In this document: positions 29,054-39,889 of the stretch, one piece after another
Layout of the letters: the number at the start of each line of letters is the position of its first letter
Position numbering within the stretch: position 1 is the stretch's first letter
Source: Coxiellaceae bacterium UBA1530
GTDB taxonomy: Bacteria; Pseudomonadota; Gammaproteobacteria; Coxiellales; Coxiellaceae
DNA length: 64,000 nt
Assembly (NCBI GenBank): GCA_002323325.1
Contig: DCQA01000017.1
Location: forward strand, 8,964 to 72,963
Reading direction: 5' to 3'
Notes under the pieces: generated by a model
What the model was told of the DNA's origin: nothing
What the model saw: the letters and a program-made list of their open reading frames with translations, nothing else
The model's database searches: none
Translations under genes and position numbers: made by a program

Positions 29054-31642
29054 TTATTTTTCCTCAGCTTGTGTGTCAATCGGGTCCTCAGCATTACTTG
29101 AATCAGAGGGGGCATCTAATAGATCACAACCCTCAAGACCGACCAAAACTTCATCTTTAGACAAGTGAATTAATCGAACACCTTGAGTATTACGACCCAA
29201 TACCGAAATTTCATCCACGCGAGTTCGAACCATAGTGCCACCGTTGCTGATCAATAAAACATCGTCTTGTTCTGACACTTGAGTAGCTGCGACAACTCGA
29301 CCGTTACGATCACTGACTTGAATCGCAATAACTCCCTGACCACCTCGGCCAATCGATCGATAATCTTGTAATGCTGTCCGTTGACCATAGCCATTCTCTG
29401 TAGCCGTCAATAAGGTTCGAGATTCATCAACAATAATGAGCGCTATCACTTCTTGATCTGCCTTCAGCTGAATCCCACGAACCCCGCGGGCATTTCTTCC
29501 CATGACGCGAATATGACTTTCATTAAATCGTATCGCTTTACCTGCATCTGAAACCAACATAATCTCTTGTTGCCCATCAGTAAGGTCAACTCCTACTAAT
29601 CGGTCACCTTCCACAATATCCAGTGCTATTTTTCCATTAGAACGTGGACGCTCAAATTCTTTCAACGCTACTTTTTTAACAACACCTTGAGCGGTTGCCA
29701 TCAAGACGAACTGATTATCCACAAATGCCTTAACTGGAAGAATTGCCGTGATGACTTCTTCAGCAACCAGAGGCAGCAAGTTAATGATTGGGCGACCACG
29801 AGACTGACGTCCACTTTGTGGTATCTGATAGGTTTTTAACCAGTAGACTTTACCTAGTGAGGAAAAACACAGCAATGTATCGTGTGAATGTGCAATCATG
29901 ACATGACGCACGAAGTCTTGATCTTTAACCGACGTTGCTATTTTACCACGCCCTCCTCTGCGCTGAGCTTGATAACTATCTAGAGACTGTGTCTTGACAT
30001 AGCCTTGCTCTGACGAGGTGACCACCAACAACTCTTCGGTAATTAAATCCTCTGCTGTTAGATCCTCTTGAGTGTCGACAATCTCAGTGCGCCGCTCGTC
30101 ATTAAACTGCGATTTTGCTTCTAATAACTCTTCGCGAATCACTCGGTGAAGCTCATCAGGCTCTTCCAGTATCTTAATCAAGCTATGAATAATATCTATT
30201 AAGGCATTGTATTCATTATGAATTTTATCTTTCTCAAGGCCAGTCAAACGATGCAGTCTAAGATCAAGAATTGCTTGCGCCTGCTGAGGGGATAAGTGAT
30301 ATCCGTCGTCTAGCAAACCGAACATTGAGGCTAGGTCTTGAGGTCGAGTCAAAGTTCTACCGGATTGTTGCAATAATGCAGATACGGAACCCGCAGGCCA
30401 AGCTTGTGATAACAATTGCTCTTTAGCCACAGCCGGTGATGGCGCCGCTTTGATCATAGCAATCACATCATCAATATTAGCTAGAGCAATGCCAAGCCCC
30501 TCAAGCAAGTGCGCACGTTCACGTGCCTTGCGCAAATCGAATAAAGTTCTACGAGTAACAACTTCTCGACGATGATCAATAAAAGCCGACAAAGCACTTT
30601 TTAAATGTAACAATTTTGGCTGTCCGTCACTCAGTGCCACCATGTTTATACCAAACACTGATTGCAATTGTGTGTGAATGAATAGATTGTTCAGCACAAC
30701 TTCGGGTTGATCGCCGCGGCGCACCTCGATCACCATGCGCATTCCTTGCTTGTCTGACTCATCCCTCAAACCACTGATACCCTCAATTTTCTTCTCTCGC
30801 ACCAGCTCAGCAATTTTTTCGAGTAACCGCGCTTTATTCACCTGATAAGGGAGCTCGGTGACAATGATCGAAGAACGATTATTTTTGTCATTAGTATCAA
30901 TATGCGTTTTACCTCGCACGTAGATCCGGCCACGGCCAGTTTTATAGGCTGATAATATTCCAGCTCGACCATTGATGATCCCACCCGTTGGAAAATCAGG
31001 CCCAGGCATGAACTGCATGAGACCCATTAGATCAATCTCAGGATTATCAATCAGAGCCAAGGTAGCGTCTATCGTTTCACCTAAATGGTGCGGTGGTATG
31101 TTCGTTGCCATACCCACAGCAATACCCGATGAACCATTCACCAACAAATTAGGGATGCGTGTCGGTAAGGCATTAGGTATCAGCTCAGTACCGTCATAAT
31201 TAGGAGAAAAGTCGACCGTTTCTTTATCCAGGTCTGCAAGTAAAGCATGGGCCATTTTAGTCATGCGCACTTCGGTGTAACGCATCGCTGCAGGGGAATC
31301 ACCATCGACTGATCCAAAGTTACCCTGACCATCAACTAGGAGGTAACGCAAACTAAAGGGTTGAGCCATTCGAACAATAGTATCGTACACTGATGTATCG
31401 CCATGAGGATGGTATTTACCAATTACGTCACCCACAATACGTGCAGACTTTTTATAGGGTTTATTCCAGTCATTTTTTAGCTCATTCATCGCATACAAAG
31501 ACCGTCGGTGAACAGGCTTTAATCCGTCTCTCACGTCAGGCAAAGCACGGCCAACAATTACACTCATGGCATAATCTAAATAAGATTGTTTCAACTCATC
31601 TTCAATGGTGACTTGGGTAATTTCTTTGGCCAACTGGTCCAT
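29054..31642 (-). CDS. gyrA: DNA gyrase subunit A
   Basis: 862 aa. QRDR region ([17 protein letters not shown]), catalytic Tyr in [10 protein letters not shown]-terminal beta-pinwheel repeats. Confidence 0.98.
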   Translation of the reverse strand: MDQLAKEITQVTIEDELKQSYLDYAMSVIVGRALPDVRDGLKPVHRRSLYAMNELKNDWNKPYKKSARIVGDVIGKYHPHGDTSVYDTIVRMAQPFSLRYLLVDGQGNFGSVDGDSPAAMRYTEVRMTKMAHALLADLDKETVDFSPNYDGTELIPNALPTRIPNLLVNGSSGIAVGMATNIPPHHLGETIDATLALIDNPEIDLMGLMQFMPGPDFPTGGIINGRAGILSAYKTGRGRIYVRGKTHIDTNDKNNRSSIIVTELPYQVNKARLLEKIAELVREKKIEGISGLRDESDKQGMRMVIEVRRGDQPEVVLNNLFIHTQLQSVFGINMVALSDGQPKLLHLKSALSAFIDHRREVVTRRTLFDLRKARERAHLLEGLGIALANIDDVIAMIKAAPSPAVAKEQLLSQAWPAGSVSALLQQSGRTLTRPQDLASMFGLLDDGYHLSPQQAQAILDLRLHRLTGLEKDKIHNEYNALIDIIHSLIKILEEPDELHRVIREELLEAKSQFNDERRTEIVDTQEDLTAEDLITEELLVVTSSEQGYVKTQSLDSYQAQRRGGRGKIATSVKDQDFVRHVMIAHSHDTLLCFSSLGKVYWLKTYQIPQSGRQSRGRPIINLLPLVAEEVITAILPVKAFVDNQFVLMATAQGVVKKVALKEFERPRSNGKIALDIVEGDRLVGVDLTDGQQEIMLVSDAGKAIRFNESHIRVMGRNARGVRGIQLKADQEVIALIIVDESRTLLTATENGYGQRTALQDYRSIGRGGQGVIAIQVSDRNGRVVAATQVSEQDDVLLISNGGTMVRTRVDEISVLGRNTQGVRLIHLSKDEVLVGLEGCDLLDAPSDSSNAEDPIDTQAEEK

Positions 31643-31792
31643 AATAGCGCGCCCTACGTTAAACAGATTTTAAGGCGAATATACTACCACAAACGTGGGT
31701 ATTACAGTAGCAAAAAACACTAATTATCTCTCCAAAAAACCCCATATGAGCTTATTTTGAACACCTTGATTTTGAGATGGTTAAGGCACAAC

Positions 31793-32506
31793 TCACTGGG
31801 ATGAGATCGCTAAACAATCGACTTTTGCAGGCGGCAGATTACGCCAGACAATCTTTGATGATTGTAATGCAAAGCTATCTGGATAAAGGTTACGCCTCTC
31901 GGTGATAGCGTAGGTATACTGCAGATAAATACCGTGCTCACCAAGCGCATGACTAATCTGTGAAAATATTTCAGCACGCTTACCCTTTGACCACAACCTT
32001 ATTGGCAAACTCGAAACAACGACCTCCACTGATGCACAGAACGAACTCAATATTGCAGATAACTCTTCCGCGCCTCCATGAACAACATGAACGTCAGGGA
32101 AAGCTAAACGCAGCCGATCGACCATCTCGGTCGATTGCTCGACAGCAATTAAGCGCCCAGGTGGAACTCCAGCCTCAGTTAATGCGTGTGTGATTGCGCC
32201 TAATCCAGCACCCAGTTCAACCACCCACCCTGATTGATAATGAGTCGAAGCCAAATGAGCAAGCTTTCGAGACAAATAAACTGAACTAGGAAAAACTGCA
32301 CCGACCGAGCTCGGGGAGTGCCTCCATTTTCTAAAAAAAAATAACGTCTTAGAATTACTTTTCAAAGAGACGAAGTATTTATAGACCATCATAAAAGGAA
32401 GAGAGCACAACAGTCCAAATACGACACAGCAACGCCATACCCTAAGGTAACCACTGACAGCTTTAGTACGTATTATTATTTTTTTCACACGCTCTTCCTT
32501 AAGCAA
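31793..32506 (-). CDS. class I SAM-dependent methyltransferase, phospholipid N-methyltransferase-like
   Basis: 237 aa. VGAVFPSSVYLSRKLA followed by motif I VVELGAGLGAIT, resembling the COG3963 phospholipid N-methyltransferase layout. N-terminal hydrophobic segment. Confidence 0.65.
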   Translation of the reverse strand: MLKEERVKKIIIRTKAVSGYLRVWRCCVVFGLLCSLPFMMVYKYFVSLKSNSKTLFFFRKWRHSPSSVGAVFPSSVYLSRKLAHLASTHYQSGWVVELGAGLGAITHALTEAGVPPGRLIAVEQSTEMVDRLRLAFPDVHVVHGGAEELSAILSSFCASVEVVVSSLPIRLWSKGKRAEIFSQISHALGEHGIYLQYTYAITERRNLYPDSFALQSSKIVWRNLPPAKVDCLAISSQ

Positions 32507-32533
32507 GGTACTTTTGCGGCTGACTGCTACAGC

Positions 32534-33358
32534 TTAACGTCCACTACTTTTTATACCAGCTATCACGACCCCAGACAACAGACCGCCTAAATGAGACCAA
32601 TTAGCAACCGGTCCTAAAAATCCCATGAAACCGAGTAGCAACCATCCAACCAACCAATACATAATATCTGAGCGTACATAATAACCCGACCATGGACGGT
32701 AAGAAGAGAGAAACCATAAATAACCGAATAACCCATAGACGACACCAGACAAACCACCAAAAGCAGGACCTGATAGAAACAATTGGGCAACGTTAGAAAA
32801 TAGTGCTGTACCCAGCATCAGTATGATATAAAACAGGCGTGACTCTTTTTCTTCTACTAAACTTCCCAAATCGTATAGCCAGTACAGATTGAAAAGTATG
32901 TGTAACACACTAAAATGAAGAAAGACTGGCGTCAGCAACCTCCACGGACTTGTCAACCATGACTGCATGATAGATTTCCCGGGTGACACAATCAGTAATT
33001 CATTAATAACACCAGGCCACAATGCGTTCTGTAAGATAAAAACTAATATGGAAATAATAATAATTGTGATGGTTAAACTGTTACCATGTGCTCGTTTGAA
33101 ATAACGCCTGTAATGAGACTGTAACGCACGATCTCGAGATGGCTTCACCGTGTAACGAACACGATATCGAGTATCATCTGGTGAAGTGATAAATAACTCC
33201 CATTCGGAACGGGCCATTTCGAGATCGTTATCTCTGATGACCCACAACTCAAATTGATCATTATGGGACATCACTTTGGAATCGATGGATAGTGATTTCA
33301 AGTATTGAGAAAACCTGAGCAATGCTTTTTGTGATTCCCAGACACCAATCAATCGCAT
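32534..33358 (-). CDS. glpG: rhomboid family intramembrane serine protease GlpG
   Basis: 274 aa. GlpG-like cytoplasmic N-domain. Six TM segments. Catalytic GGLSGVVYGL serine and WSHLGGLLSG histidine motifs. Confidence 0.88.
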   Translation of the reverse strand: MRLIGVWESQKALLRFSQYLKSLSIDSKVMSHNDQFELWVIRDNDLEMARSEWELFITSPDDTRYRVRYTVKPSRDRALQSHYRRYFKRAHGNSLTITIIIISILVFILQNALWPGVINELLIVSPGKSIMQSWLTSPWRLLTPVFLHFSVLHILFNLYWLYDLGSLVEEKESRLFYIILMLGTALFSNVAQLFLSGPAFGGLSGVVYGLFGYLWFLSSYRPWSGYYVRSDIMYWLVGWLLLGFMGFLGPVANWSHLGGLLSGVVIAGIKSSGR

Positions 33359-33377
33359 ATCTATCCCTAATAAAACT

Positions 33378-34967
33378 TTAATTCACTATGAGCTCTTGAG
33401 CTAAACGAGCAATCCATTCTTCGGCATCTTTATCACCTTTTTGTAAAACCAAGGCTTCTTCGAAATGCTTCAAAGCGGCATTCTGTTGGCCAGAGTAATA
33501 TAGACTATAACCCCAGTTAAAATGTAAAGCATACGTCGGTTCAAAATATTGAGATGACCGTTCATAAAAAGATATCGCACGTGAGTAGTCTTCAGCTTCA
33601 TGATAAAACACAGCAAGATCGAACAGAATGTCATGACTATCGGGTAAGTAATAAAACTGATCGACAACCTTTGGTAAATGTTCGGTTAAATACTGAACTA
33701 AGTCCTCATCAGCATCGTCAATCAGCTCATTGATTCGGTCACTCACCTGCTCATAAATATAAGGATCCCAACGCGACAGTGATAAATACGCCGCAATGGT
33801 TTTTAAAGGCTGCTTATCGAGGATAGGCTCCATGTGCTCGTAAAAACAAAAAAACTCAGCTGGTCCAAAAGCCATGATATTAGCGGTTTGAGCCAATTGC
33901 GTTGCAGGTAGCGCATCAAGCGTCATACCCATCAAAAACAATCCTGAGACAAAACCATCAATCGCATAAGGAATCTGACAATCACCACCCTGAGAGCGAC
34001 AATACTCCCCAAGCGCATGAAAATTTACCATTAAAGAAAAACTACCATGGATTGCAAATTCAGGAGGCTCAAGGCCATCTATCTCATCACGACTGACATA
34101 GCCTTTATCAGAACTCAACAAGAGCATCTGATCATTCGATAACTTTTTAAGATTCTCCAATCCGCGTAATGAACCTATAGGAAACTGCAAATGCGTACCG
34201 TCCGATAATGTACGGTAACTGTTCAGTAGCCGATCAAAATCCACATGCTGGTAATAATCCTCCGCCATTGGCGCATGAGAAAAAGAAAAGTCTACGGCTT
34301 CCCAATCCTTTGGGCCGAGCTCGTCAACATTTGAGGCATGAGCAGTCAATGAAACCAATGTCTCTTCCATTCGTCCATCACTAACACGAAAAACATCGGT
34401 AACAATCGAGTCAAAAAGGTAGTTTGCAAAAACAACAACCGGTTGATGAATATCACCTCTGGCAACAACACGATCCTGATGAATCAAATGCAAAGTATCA
34501 TCATTCTCAAAATCAAATTGAGCAAAATCCAGCAGGCCAGACTCTACAAACTCGGTTAATGCTGGGTGCTTTTTCCAAAACTCGATATTGGTCTGAGTAA
34601 AATCTGTCATGACATAGCAAACAGGTATTTTTTGAACACCTTTAGCATGCATGATTTCTTGGAGCTTTTTTAGAAAATAAAAGCCAAACTGCCCATGGCC
34701 AGCACCGATTTCAACGCAATAAAAAGGCTGATCGATATCATCCGAAAGATGCGTCTTTTGCCAGTCTTCGATAAAAGCGGCCACGACTGCGGCGTAGTGA
34801 TACGCAATAAATGGGTTTGTTGTGATATAACAAGGCACATCACCGGACCATGCATCAATACCAGACTGATCGTAATAACGACGCTGGGCCTGCCACACTT
34901 TAGACTTAGAAAAAACCTGCTGATGTTCTAGTGTGACTTTTTGTTGTGCCATGATGCCTCCATTCAT
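33378..34967 (-). CDS. putative SAM-dependent methyltransferase-like protein with a C-terminal TPR region
   Basis: 529 aa. FYCVEIGAGHGQFGFYFL is a glycine-rich motif I in a MidA/DUF185-like context. The last ~100 aa are TPR-like (AISFYERS...ALKHFEEAL). Confidence 0.55.
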   Translation of the reverse strand: MNGGIMAQQKVTLEHQQVFSKSKVWQAQRRYYDQSGIDAWSGDVPCYITTNPFIAYHYAAVVAAFIEDWQKTHLSDDIDQPFYCVEIGAGHGQFGFYFLKKLQEIMHAKGVQKIPVCYVMTDFTQTNIEFWKKHPALTEFVESGLLDFAQFDFENDDTLHLIHQDRVVARGDIHQPVVVFANYLFDSIVTDVFRVSDGRMEETLVSLTAHASNVDELGPKDWEAVDFSFSHAPMAEDYYQHVDFDRLLNSYRTLSDGTHLQFPIGSLRGLENLKKLSNDQMLLLSSDKGYVSRDEIDGLEPPEFAIHGSFSLMVNFHALGEYCRSQGGDCQIPYAIDGFVSGLFLMGMTLDALPATQLAQTANIMAFGPAEFFCFYEHMEPILDKQPLKTIAAYLSLSRWDPYIYEQVSDRINELIDDADEDLVQYLTEHLPKVVDQFYYLPDSHDILFDLAVFYHEAEDYSRAISFYERSSQYFEPTYALHFNWGYSLYYSGQQNAALKHFEEALVLQKGDKDAEEWIARLAQELIVN

Positions 34968-35106
34968 ATTAATATTATGGGTGAGTAGTATACGCGAATT
35001 GATTTAAATCACCATGATGATCATGACACGCGCTAATTGACAGGCCGCATTGCGGCAGTTCAAGTTTTTCGATAAGATGCTTTCTTTTCTGATCACTGGA
35101 TACAAC

Positions 35107-35469
35107 ATGAACACCAATACACTCAGCTCCAAGGCCCTGCATGAACTCGTTGTTGCAGCCCTTGATGATAACAAAGCAATAGACATTAAGTCATTTGATG
35201 TCACACATCTAACTGATGTCACTGACAGTATTGTTGTTTGCACATCCACATCCAAACGTCATGCGCTGACGCTTGCAGAAAAAGTGAGCCTACTTGCCAA
35301 ACAAAAAGGCGAACGAGCGCTTAGTACCGAAGGTGATGAAAATAGCGAGTGGATTTTAATAGATTTTGTTGATGTCGTTGTACACATCATGCTCGCCGAG
35401 ACACGGGAATTTTATAGCATAGAAAAGCTATGGAACATGACAGAGTCTTCTAGACAACAACACAACTAA
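35107..35469 (+). CDS. rsfS: ribosomal silencing factor RsfS
   Basis: KAIDIKSFDV...DSIVVCTSTSKRH...WILIDFVDVVVHIM..REFYSIEKLW signature. The ORF begins at 35050, but ATG 35107 fits family length. rsfS-rlmH-mrdA synteny. Confidence 0.9.
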   Translation: MNTNTLSSKALHELVVAALDDNKAIDIKSFDVTHLTDVTDSIVVCTSTSKRHALTLAEKVSLLAKQKGERALSTEGDENSEWILIDFVDVVVHIMLAETREFYSIEKLWNMTESSRQQHN

Positions 35470-35475
35470 CTGTTC

Positions 35476-35943
35476 ATGAAAATCACCTTAATCGCGATTG
35501 AGAATAGCCCCCCTGCATGGGCTACAAGCGGCTTCGAGACTTATGCAAAACGCCTTCCTAAAGACTATCAATTAACATGCATCAGCATTCCATCGATTAA
35601 ACGTAGCAAAAATGCCTCGATAGCACAGGTGCTAGAGCAAGAAGGAAAGCGTATTTTACAGGCCATCCCACCAGGCAGTCATGTTGTCGTGCTCGATCGA
35701 CTTGGTCTCACTGTCTCCACATTGAACATTTCAGAAAAACTGCTGCACTGGCACGATCACCATCAGGACATTTGCTTACTGATTGGTGGCCCTGAAGGTC
35801 TCTCTGAGGAATGCCTCAAAAAAGCAGATACAAAATGGTCGCTTTCCGCATTAACACTGCCACACCCACTCGTAAAAGTCGTTGTGGCCGAACAGCTCTA
35901 CCGCGCATGGAGCATCCATAAAAACCATCCTTATCATCGCTGA
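35476..35943 (+). CDS. rlmH: 23S rRNA (pseudouridine1915-N3)-methyltransferase
   Basis: 155 aa SPOUT fold with IGGPEGLS and a C-terminal HPYHR. Confidence 0.93.
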   Translation: MKITLIAIENSPPAWATSGFETYAKRLPKDYQLTCISIPSIKRSKNASIAQVLEQEGKRILQAIPPGSHVVVLDRLGLTVSTLNISEKLLHWHDHHQDICLLIGGPEGLSEECLKKADTKWSLSALTLPHPLVKVVVAEQLYRAWSIHKNHPYHR

Positions 35944-35995
35944 TGAAACATGTTAGATTGATACTCAAAAATGTTTTTATACCTCCCACTGACAC

Positions 35996-37855
35996 ATGAA
36001 ACACCAACAAGACCAAGCTATTTTTAAACGTCGCTTCACGCATTTGTTGGTCTGTGTATGCGTCGTTCTACTAGTTTTACTGGGCCGACTCTTTTATCTC
36101 GAGATTATTGATCACAAACAATACATCACACTCTCTCGAAAGAACTTTTTAAACATAAAGGCAATCACCCCCGAGAGAGGACTCATTTACGATCGTCATG
36201 GCGTATTATTAGCAAAAAACGCTCCTAGCTTCACGCTCAGTTTAATTCCCAGCAAAATTAAAGACATGAACAAGACGCTACAAGAGCTGCAAAAACTTCT
36301 TAATATCAATGACACCATCATCGAACGCTTCAAACGTCATTTGAACCAATACCATGCTTATGACCTTGCACCGCTTCCCATAAAACTTAATGAACAACAG
36401 ATGGATCAGTTCTACGTTAACGCGTATCGATTTCCTGGTGTTTCCATCGAGACTTTATGGCAACGTGAATACCCACTCGAATCGATCGGGAGCAGTGTTG
36501 TCGGATATGTTGGCAAGGTGAATGCGAACGATCTTACTCACGTCATACCGGAAAATTATCGCGGCACGAACTACATCGGTAAAACGGGCATTGAAAAAGG
36601 TCTAGAAAACTCACTTCACGGGAAAACAGGTATCGAGCAAGTTGAGATCGACGCTCGAGGAAAAATTATTCATTCGCTTGGTCAGGAATTAGCCGCCTCT
36701 GGCAGTACGCTCCACCTCACCATAGACAGTCGCCTACAAGACTTCATCATAAAGACATTGGGCAAGCTGTCAGCAGCAGTCGTTGCCATTGACCCAAGTA
36801 ACGGCGAAATTCTCGCAATGGTCTCGACACCCACTTACGATACTAATTTATTTTCTCAAGGTATGAGTATCAAAGAGTACCAATCATTATCGAATAACCC
36901 ACATCACCCTCTCTACAACAAAACAATTCAAGGTCTCTATTCACCCGGTTCAACCATCAAGCCTTTTTACGCGGTTTCTGCATTAGATAACGGCATCATC
37001 ACTCCTGAAACTTATATTAACGATCCAGGTTGGTTCACTCTGCCCAATAGCACCCATAAGTTTCGAGACTGGAAACCACAAGGCCATGGTAAAGTGAACA
37101 TCAGCAAAGCACTGATGGTCTCGTGCGATACGTTTTTTTACTGGCTTTCAACTAAGATGGGTATTGCTCTTATTGATCACACACTAAAAACATTTGGCTT
37201 TGGTTCACTCACTCATATCAACCTTCCCTCAGAACTCGATGGCACCATTCCATCACCCGATTGGAAAGTCTCTCACCAAGGCTCGCCCTGGTATACCGGT
37301 GATACTGTGATCACTGGCATCGGCCAAGGCTCGTTACTCGTTACGCCACTGCAACTTGCTAGTGCAACCGCTACACTAGCCATGCACGGAAAACACTTCC
37401 AACCTCATCTCGTTCACTCTATTCAAACTAAATCTGATCAATCCACATTAATCAAACCTCAACTCATCTCGACAATTACACTCAATGATCCACATAACTG
37501 GGACATCGTCATTGATGCATTACAAGATGTGGTACGCAGCCCTCATGGAACAGCACGCTATTTTGGCCCACACAACTATACGGTTGCAGCTAAAACCGGT
37601 ACTGCGCAGGTATATGGCCACCATCGTGATGAGGTGTATGTTCAAAATAATGTGCCATGGAAACTTCGTAACAATCACCTGTTTATTGATTTTGCACCCG
37701 TAGAACAACCTAAAATCGCACTGGCATTAGTCATTGAACATGATGGAGGGGCCGATCGTATCGCGGGCCTCATCACCACCTACTACCTCACACATTGCCT
37801 AGATGGTACGCACAACACAGATGAACTCAGCCAATTGTCTAAAAATAACTCATAA
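35996..37855 (+). CDS. mrdA: penicillin-binding protein 2 (elongasome transpeptidase)
   Basis: 619 aa. N-terminal TM helix. SxxK (GSTIKP), SxD/N (VSCDT) and KTGTA motifs. Confidence 0.95.
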   Translation: MKHQQDQAIFKRRFTHLLVCVCVVLLVLLGRLFYLEIIDHKQYITLSRKNFLNIKAITPERGLIYDRHGVLLAKNAPSFTLSLIPSKIKDMNKTLQELQKLLNINDTIIERFKRHLNQYHAYDLAPLPIKLNEQQMDQFYVNAYRFPGVSIETLWQREYPLESIGSSVVGYVGKVNANDLTHVIPENYRGTNYIGKTGIEKGLENSLHGKTGIEQVEIDARGKIIHSLGQELAASGSTLHLTIDSRLQDFIIKTLGKLSAAVVAIDPSNGEILAMVSTPTYDTNLFSQGMSIKEYQSLSNNPHHPLYNKTIQGLYSPGSTIKPFYAVSALDNGIITPETYINDPGWFTLPNSTHKFRDWKPQGHGKVNISKALMVSCDTFFYWLSTKMGIALIDHTLKTFGFGSLTHINLPSELDGTIPSPDWKVSHQGSPWYTGDTVITGIGQGSLLVTPLQLASATATLAMHGKHFQPHLVHSIQTKSDQSTLIKPQLISTITLNDPHNWDIVIDALQDVVRSPHGTARYFGPHNYTVAAKTGTAQVYGHHRDEVYVQNNVPWKLRNNHLFIDFAPVEQPKIALALVIEHDGGADRIAGLITTYYLTHCLDGTHNTDELSQLSKNNS

Positions 37856-38110
37856 ACAATTACTTTCGACAACAAGTTATGGATCATACTCCAAGTATAA
37901 TCATGATTTACCACGTGTTGATGCTCGATTCGATCGATGATTAAGTTCTGATACGCTCGTCATTAAAGTTAAGAATGATTCACACGTTTTAAAAATATAT
38001 TGGATTTCCCTAACTGCTACTACCATCGAAAAATTGCCTGTTCAAAAAAATCTGGGTAAATCTATCTATTTTCTTATAATAAAACAGATGGATAAAACCT
38101 TTACAATTTT

Positions 38111-38122
38111 TCACAAATGTGA
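38111..38122. promoter_or_regulatory. palindrome TCACAAATGTGA beside a TATAAT -10, upstream of dps (candidate operator)
   Basis: TCACA-AA-TGTGA at 38111-38122, flanked by T- and A-runs. It ends 11 nt before TATAAT (38134-39). The dps ATG is at 38178. Confidence 0.3.
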
Positions 38123-38177
38123 CAAAAATAAGCTATAATTAAAGTATATATCCATTCAATTTAATGCGGAGAAGACT

Positions 38178-38651
38178 ATGGACATTCATATCGGAATATC
38201 AGACGAGCATCGTGAAGAAATTACGAATGGTCTCGTTAAAGTACTCGCAGATAGCTACACACTGTACCTAAAAACACACAACTTTCACTGGAATGTGGAA
38301 GGGCCACTTTTCTCTGAACTTCATCAACTATTCGAGAAACAATACCTTGAATTAGCCATTGCGATTGACGAGATCGCTGAACGTATACGAGCACTCGGCT
38401 TTTATGTTCCTGCCAGTTATTCTCAATTTTCAGAGATCACAACGGTTAAGGAAGAAAAGAATCACGTGCATAGCAGCGAAATGATCAGCCAATTAGTGCT
38501 TGGACAAGAAGAAGTGGTGAGAAGTGCAAGAAAACTGATCCCAATCGCCGAGAAGTATCAGGATCAACCAACTGCTGACATGCTCATCGACCGTATGACG
38601 GTGCATGAAAAGAATGCCTGGATGTTACGCAGCTTATTAGAAGAATCCTAA
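38178..38651 (+). CDS. dps: Dps family DNA-protection / ferritin-like protein
   Basis: 157 aa. LYLKTHNFHWNVEGPLFSELHQLFE...DEIAERI ferroxidase-site pattern. Confidence 0.92.
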   Translation: MDIHIGISDEHREEITNGLVKVLADSYTLYLKTHNFHWNVEGPLFSELHQLFEKQYLELAIAIDEIAERIRALGFYVPASYSQFSEITTVKEEKNHVHSSEMISQLVLGQEEVVRSARKLIPIAEKYQDQPTADMLIDRMTVHEKNAWMLRSLLEES

Positions 38652-38714
38652 TACTCAGCCCCTCTCCCCACAAAGCGCCAAACAGTGCTACACTGTGCTC
38701 TGTTTTACGTTTAT

Positions 38715-39872
38715 ATGACGACATCTCCTATGCGCAGGCCACATTATCTTGACCATTCCTACGAAGCTCGCTTATCGCGTAAAATCCGACAATGGCGCTG
38801 GTCTCACTGTCATATTGACCCTTTGTTATTTACTGGATTACTTGCCTTATCCGGTCTTGGCTTGTTCAATCTTTACAGTGCTAGCAACCAACACCTGCTG
38901 CTCGTCAAGCATCAAATTCTGCACTATTTTCTTGCCTTCGTTGTTCTACTGAGCTGCTCTCAAATACCACCGCGCTACTTTAAAACAGCTGCACCCTGGC
39001 TATACTGCCTTGGGTTACTACTGCTACTACTGGTACTGTTTGTTGGTCACACAAGCCAAGGCGCAACGCGATGGGTGGGCTATGGCGCAGTGCAAATACA
39101 GCCCTCTGAAATTATGAAACTCGCCATGCCAATGATGCTGGCTTGGCTATGGCAAGAGCATGAACGCTGGTCGCCTTTACATAAAGTCAGTTTAAGCGCG
39201 ATTATTTTATTGGTACCCACACTGTTGATTGCCAAACAACCGGATCTTGGTACTGCCATCTTGATTGCTAGCGCAGGGAGTTTTGTCATCTTGCTTGGTG
39301 GTCTTGATAGAAAAATCATCTTGTTTGGTGTTCTAGCAGCACTGATTACTACCCCAATTCTTTGGCACACGCTGCATGACTATCAAAAACAACGTATTGA
39401 AACTTTTTTACACCCCGAAAAGGACCCTCTCGGTACTGGGTATAACATTATTCAATCAAAAATTGCCGTTGGCTCTGGTGGATTCACAGGAAAGGGCTGG
39501 CTTCAAGGCACACAGTCTCACCTCTCTTTTTTACCAGCACATACCACCGATTTTATTTTTTCCGTAGCGGCTGAAGAATGGGGATTAATTGGCTGCTGCT
39601 TGTTGTTAGGCATTTACTCCTTTATTTTTTTACGTTGTGCCAGTATGAGTATTCAAGCACAAAGTACCTTTACCCGGTTACTTGCAGGAAGCTTGAGTCT
39701 TACTTTTATGACCTGCGCATGCATAAATATTGGCATGGTCATTGGCATCTTACCGGTGGTCGGGGTACCATTACCGTTAGTCAGTTATGGGGGAAGCTCA
39801 ATGATCACAACCATGATGGCCTTTGGTATCATCATGTCGATTCAAACCCATAAAAAACTCTGGTCTAGCTAA
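38715..39872 (+). CDS. rodA: SEDS peptidoglycan glycosyltransferase RodA
   Basis: Polytopic. SEIMKLAMP, QPDLGTA and FIFSVAAEEWG motifs. The ORF opens at GTG 38685; ATG 38715 is preferred. Confidence 0.93.
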   Translation: MTTSPMRRPHYLDHSYEARLSRKIRQWRWSHCHIDPLLFTGLLALSGLGLFNLYSASNQHLLLVKHQILHYFLAFVVLLSCSQIPPRYFKTAAPWLYCLGLLLLLLVLFVGHTSQGATRWVGYGAVQIQPSEIMKLAMPMMLAWLWQEHERWSPLHKVSLSAIILLVPTLLIAKQPDLGTAILIASAGSFVILLGGLDRKIILFGVLAALITTPILWHTLHDYQKQRIETFLHPEKDPLGTGYNIIQSKIAVGSGGFTGKGWLQGTQSHLSFLPAHTTDFIFSVAAEEWGLIGCCLLLGIYSFIFLRCASMSIQAQSTFTRLLAGSLSLTFMTCACINIGMVIGILPVVGVPLPLVSYGGSSMITTMMAFGIIMSIQTHKKLWSS

Positions 39873-39889
39873 CTTACAAAGGAACTTCC

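Noticed and set aside
35004-35255. 83-aa minus-strand ORF, and the 5' extension of the rsfS ORF (35050-35106).
   Set aside because: The minus ORF is antisense to rsfS. The RsfS family alignment begins near MNTNTLSSKAL, so the upstream codons are treated as non-coding.
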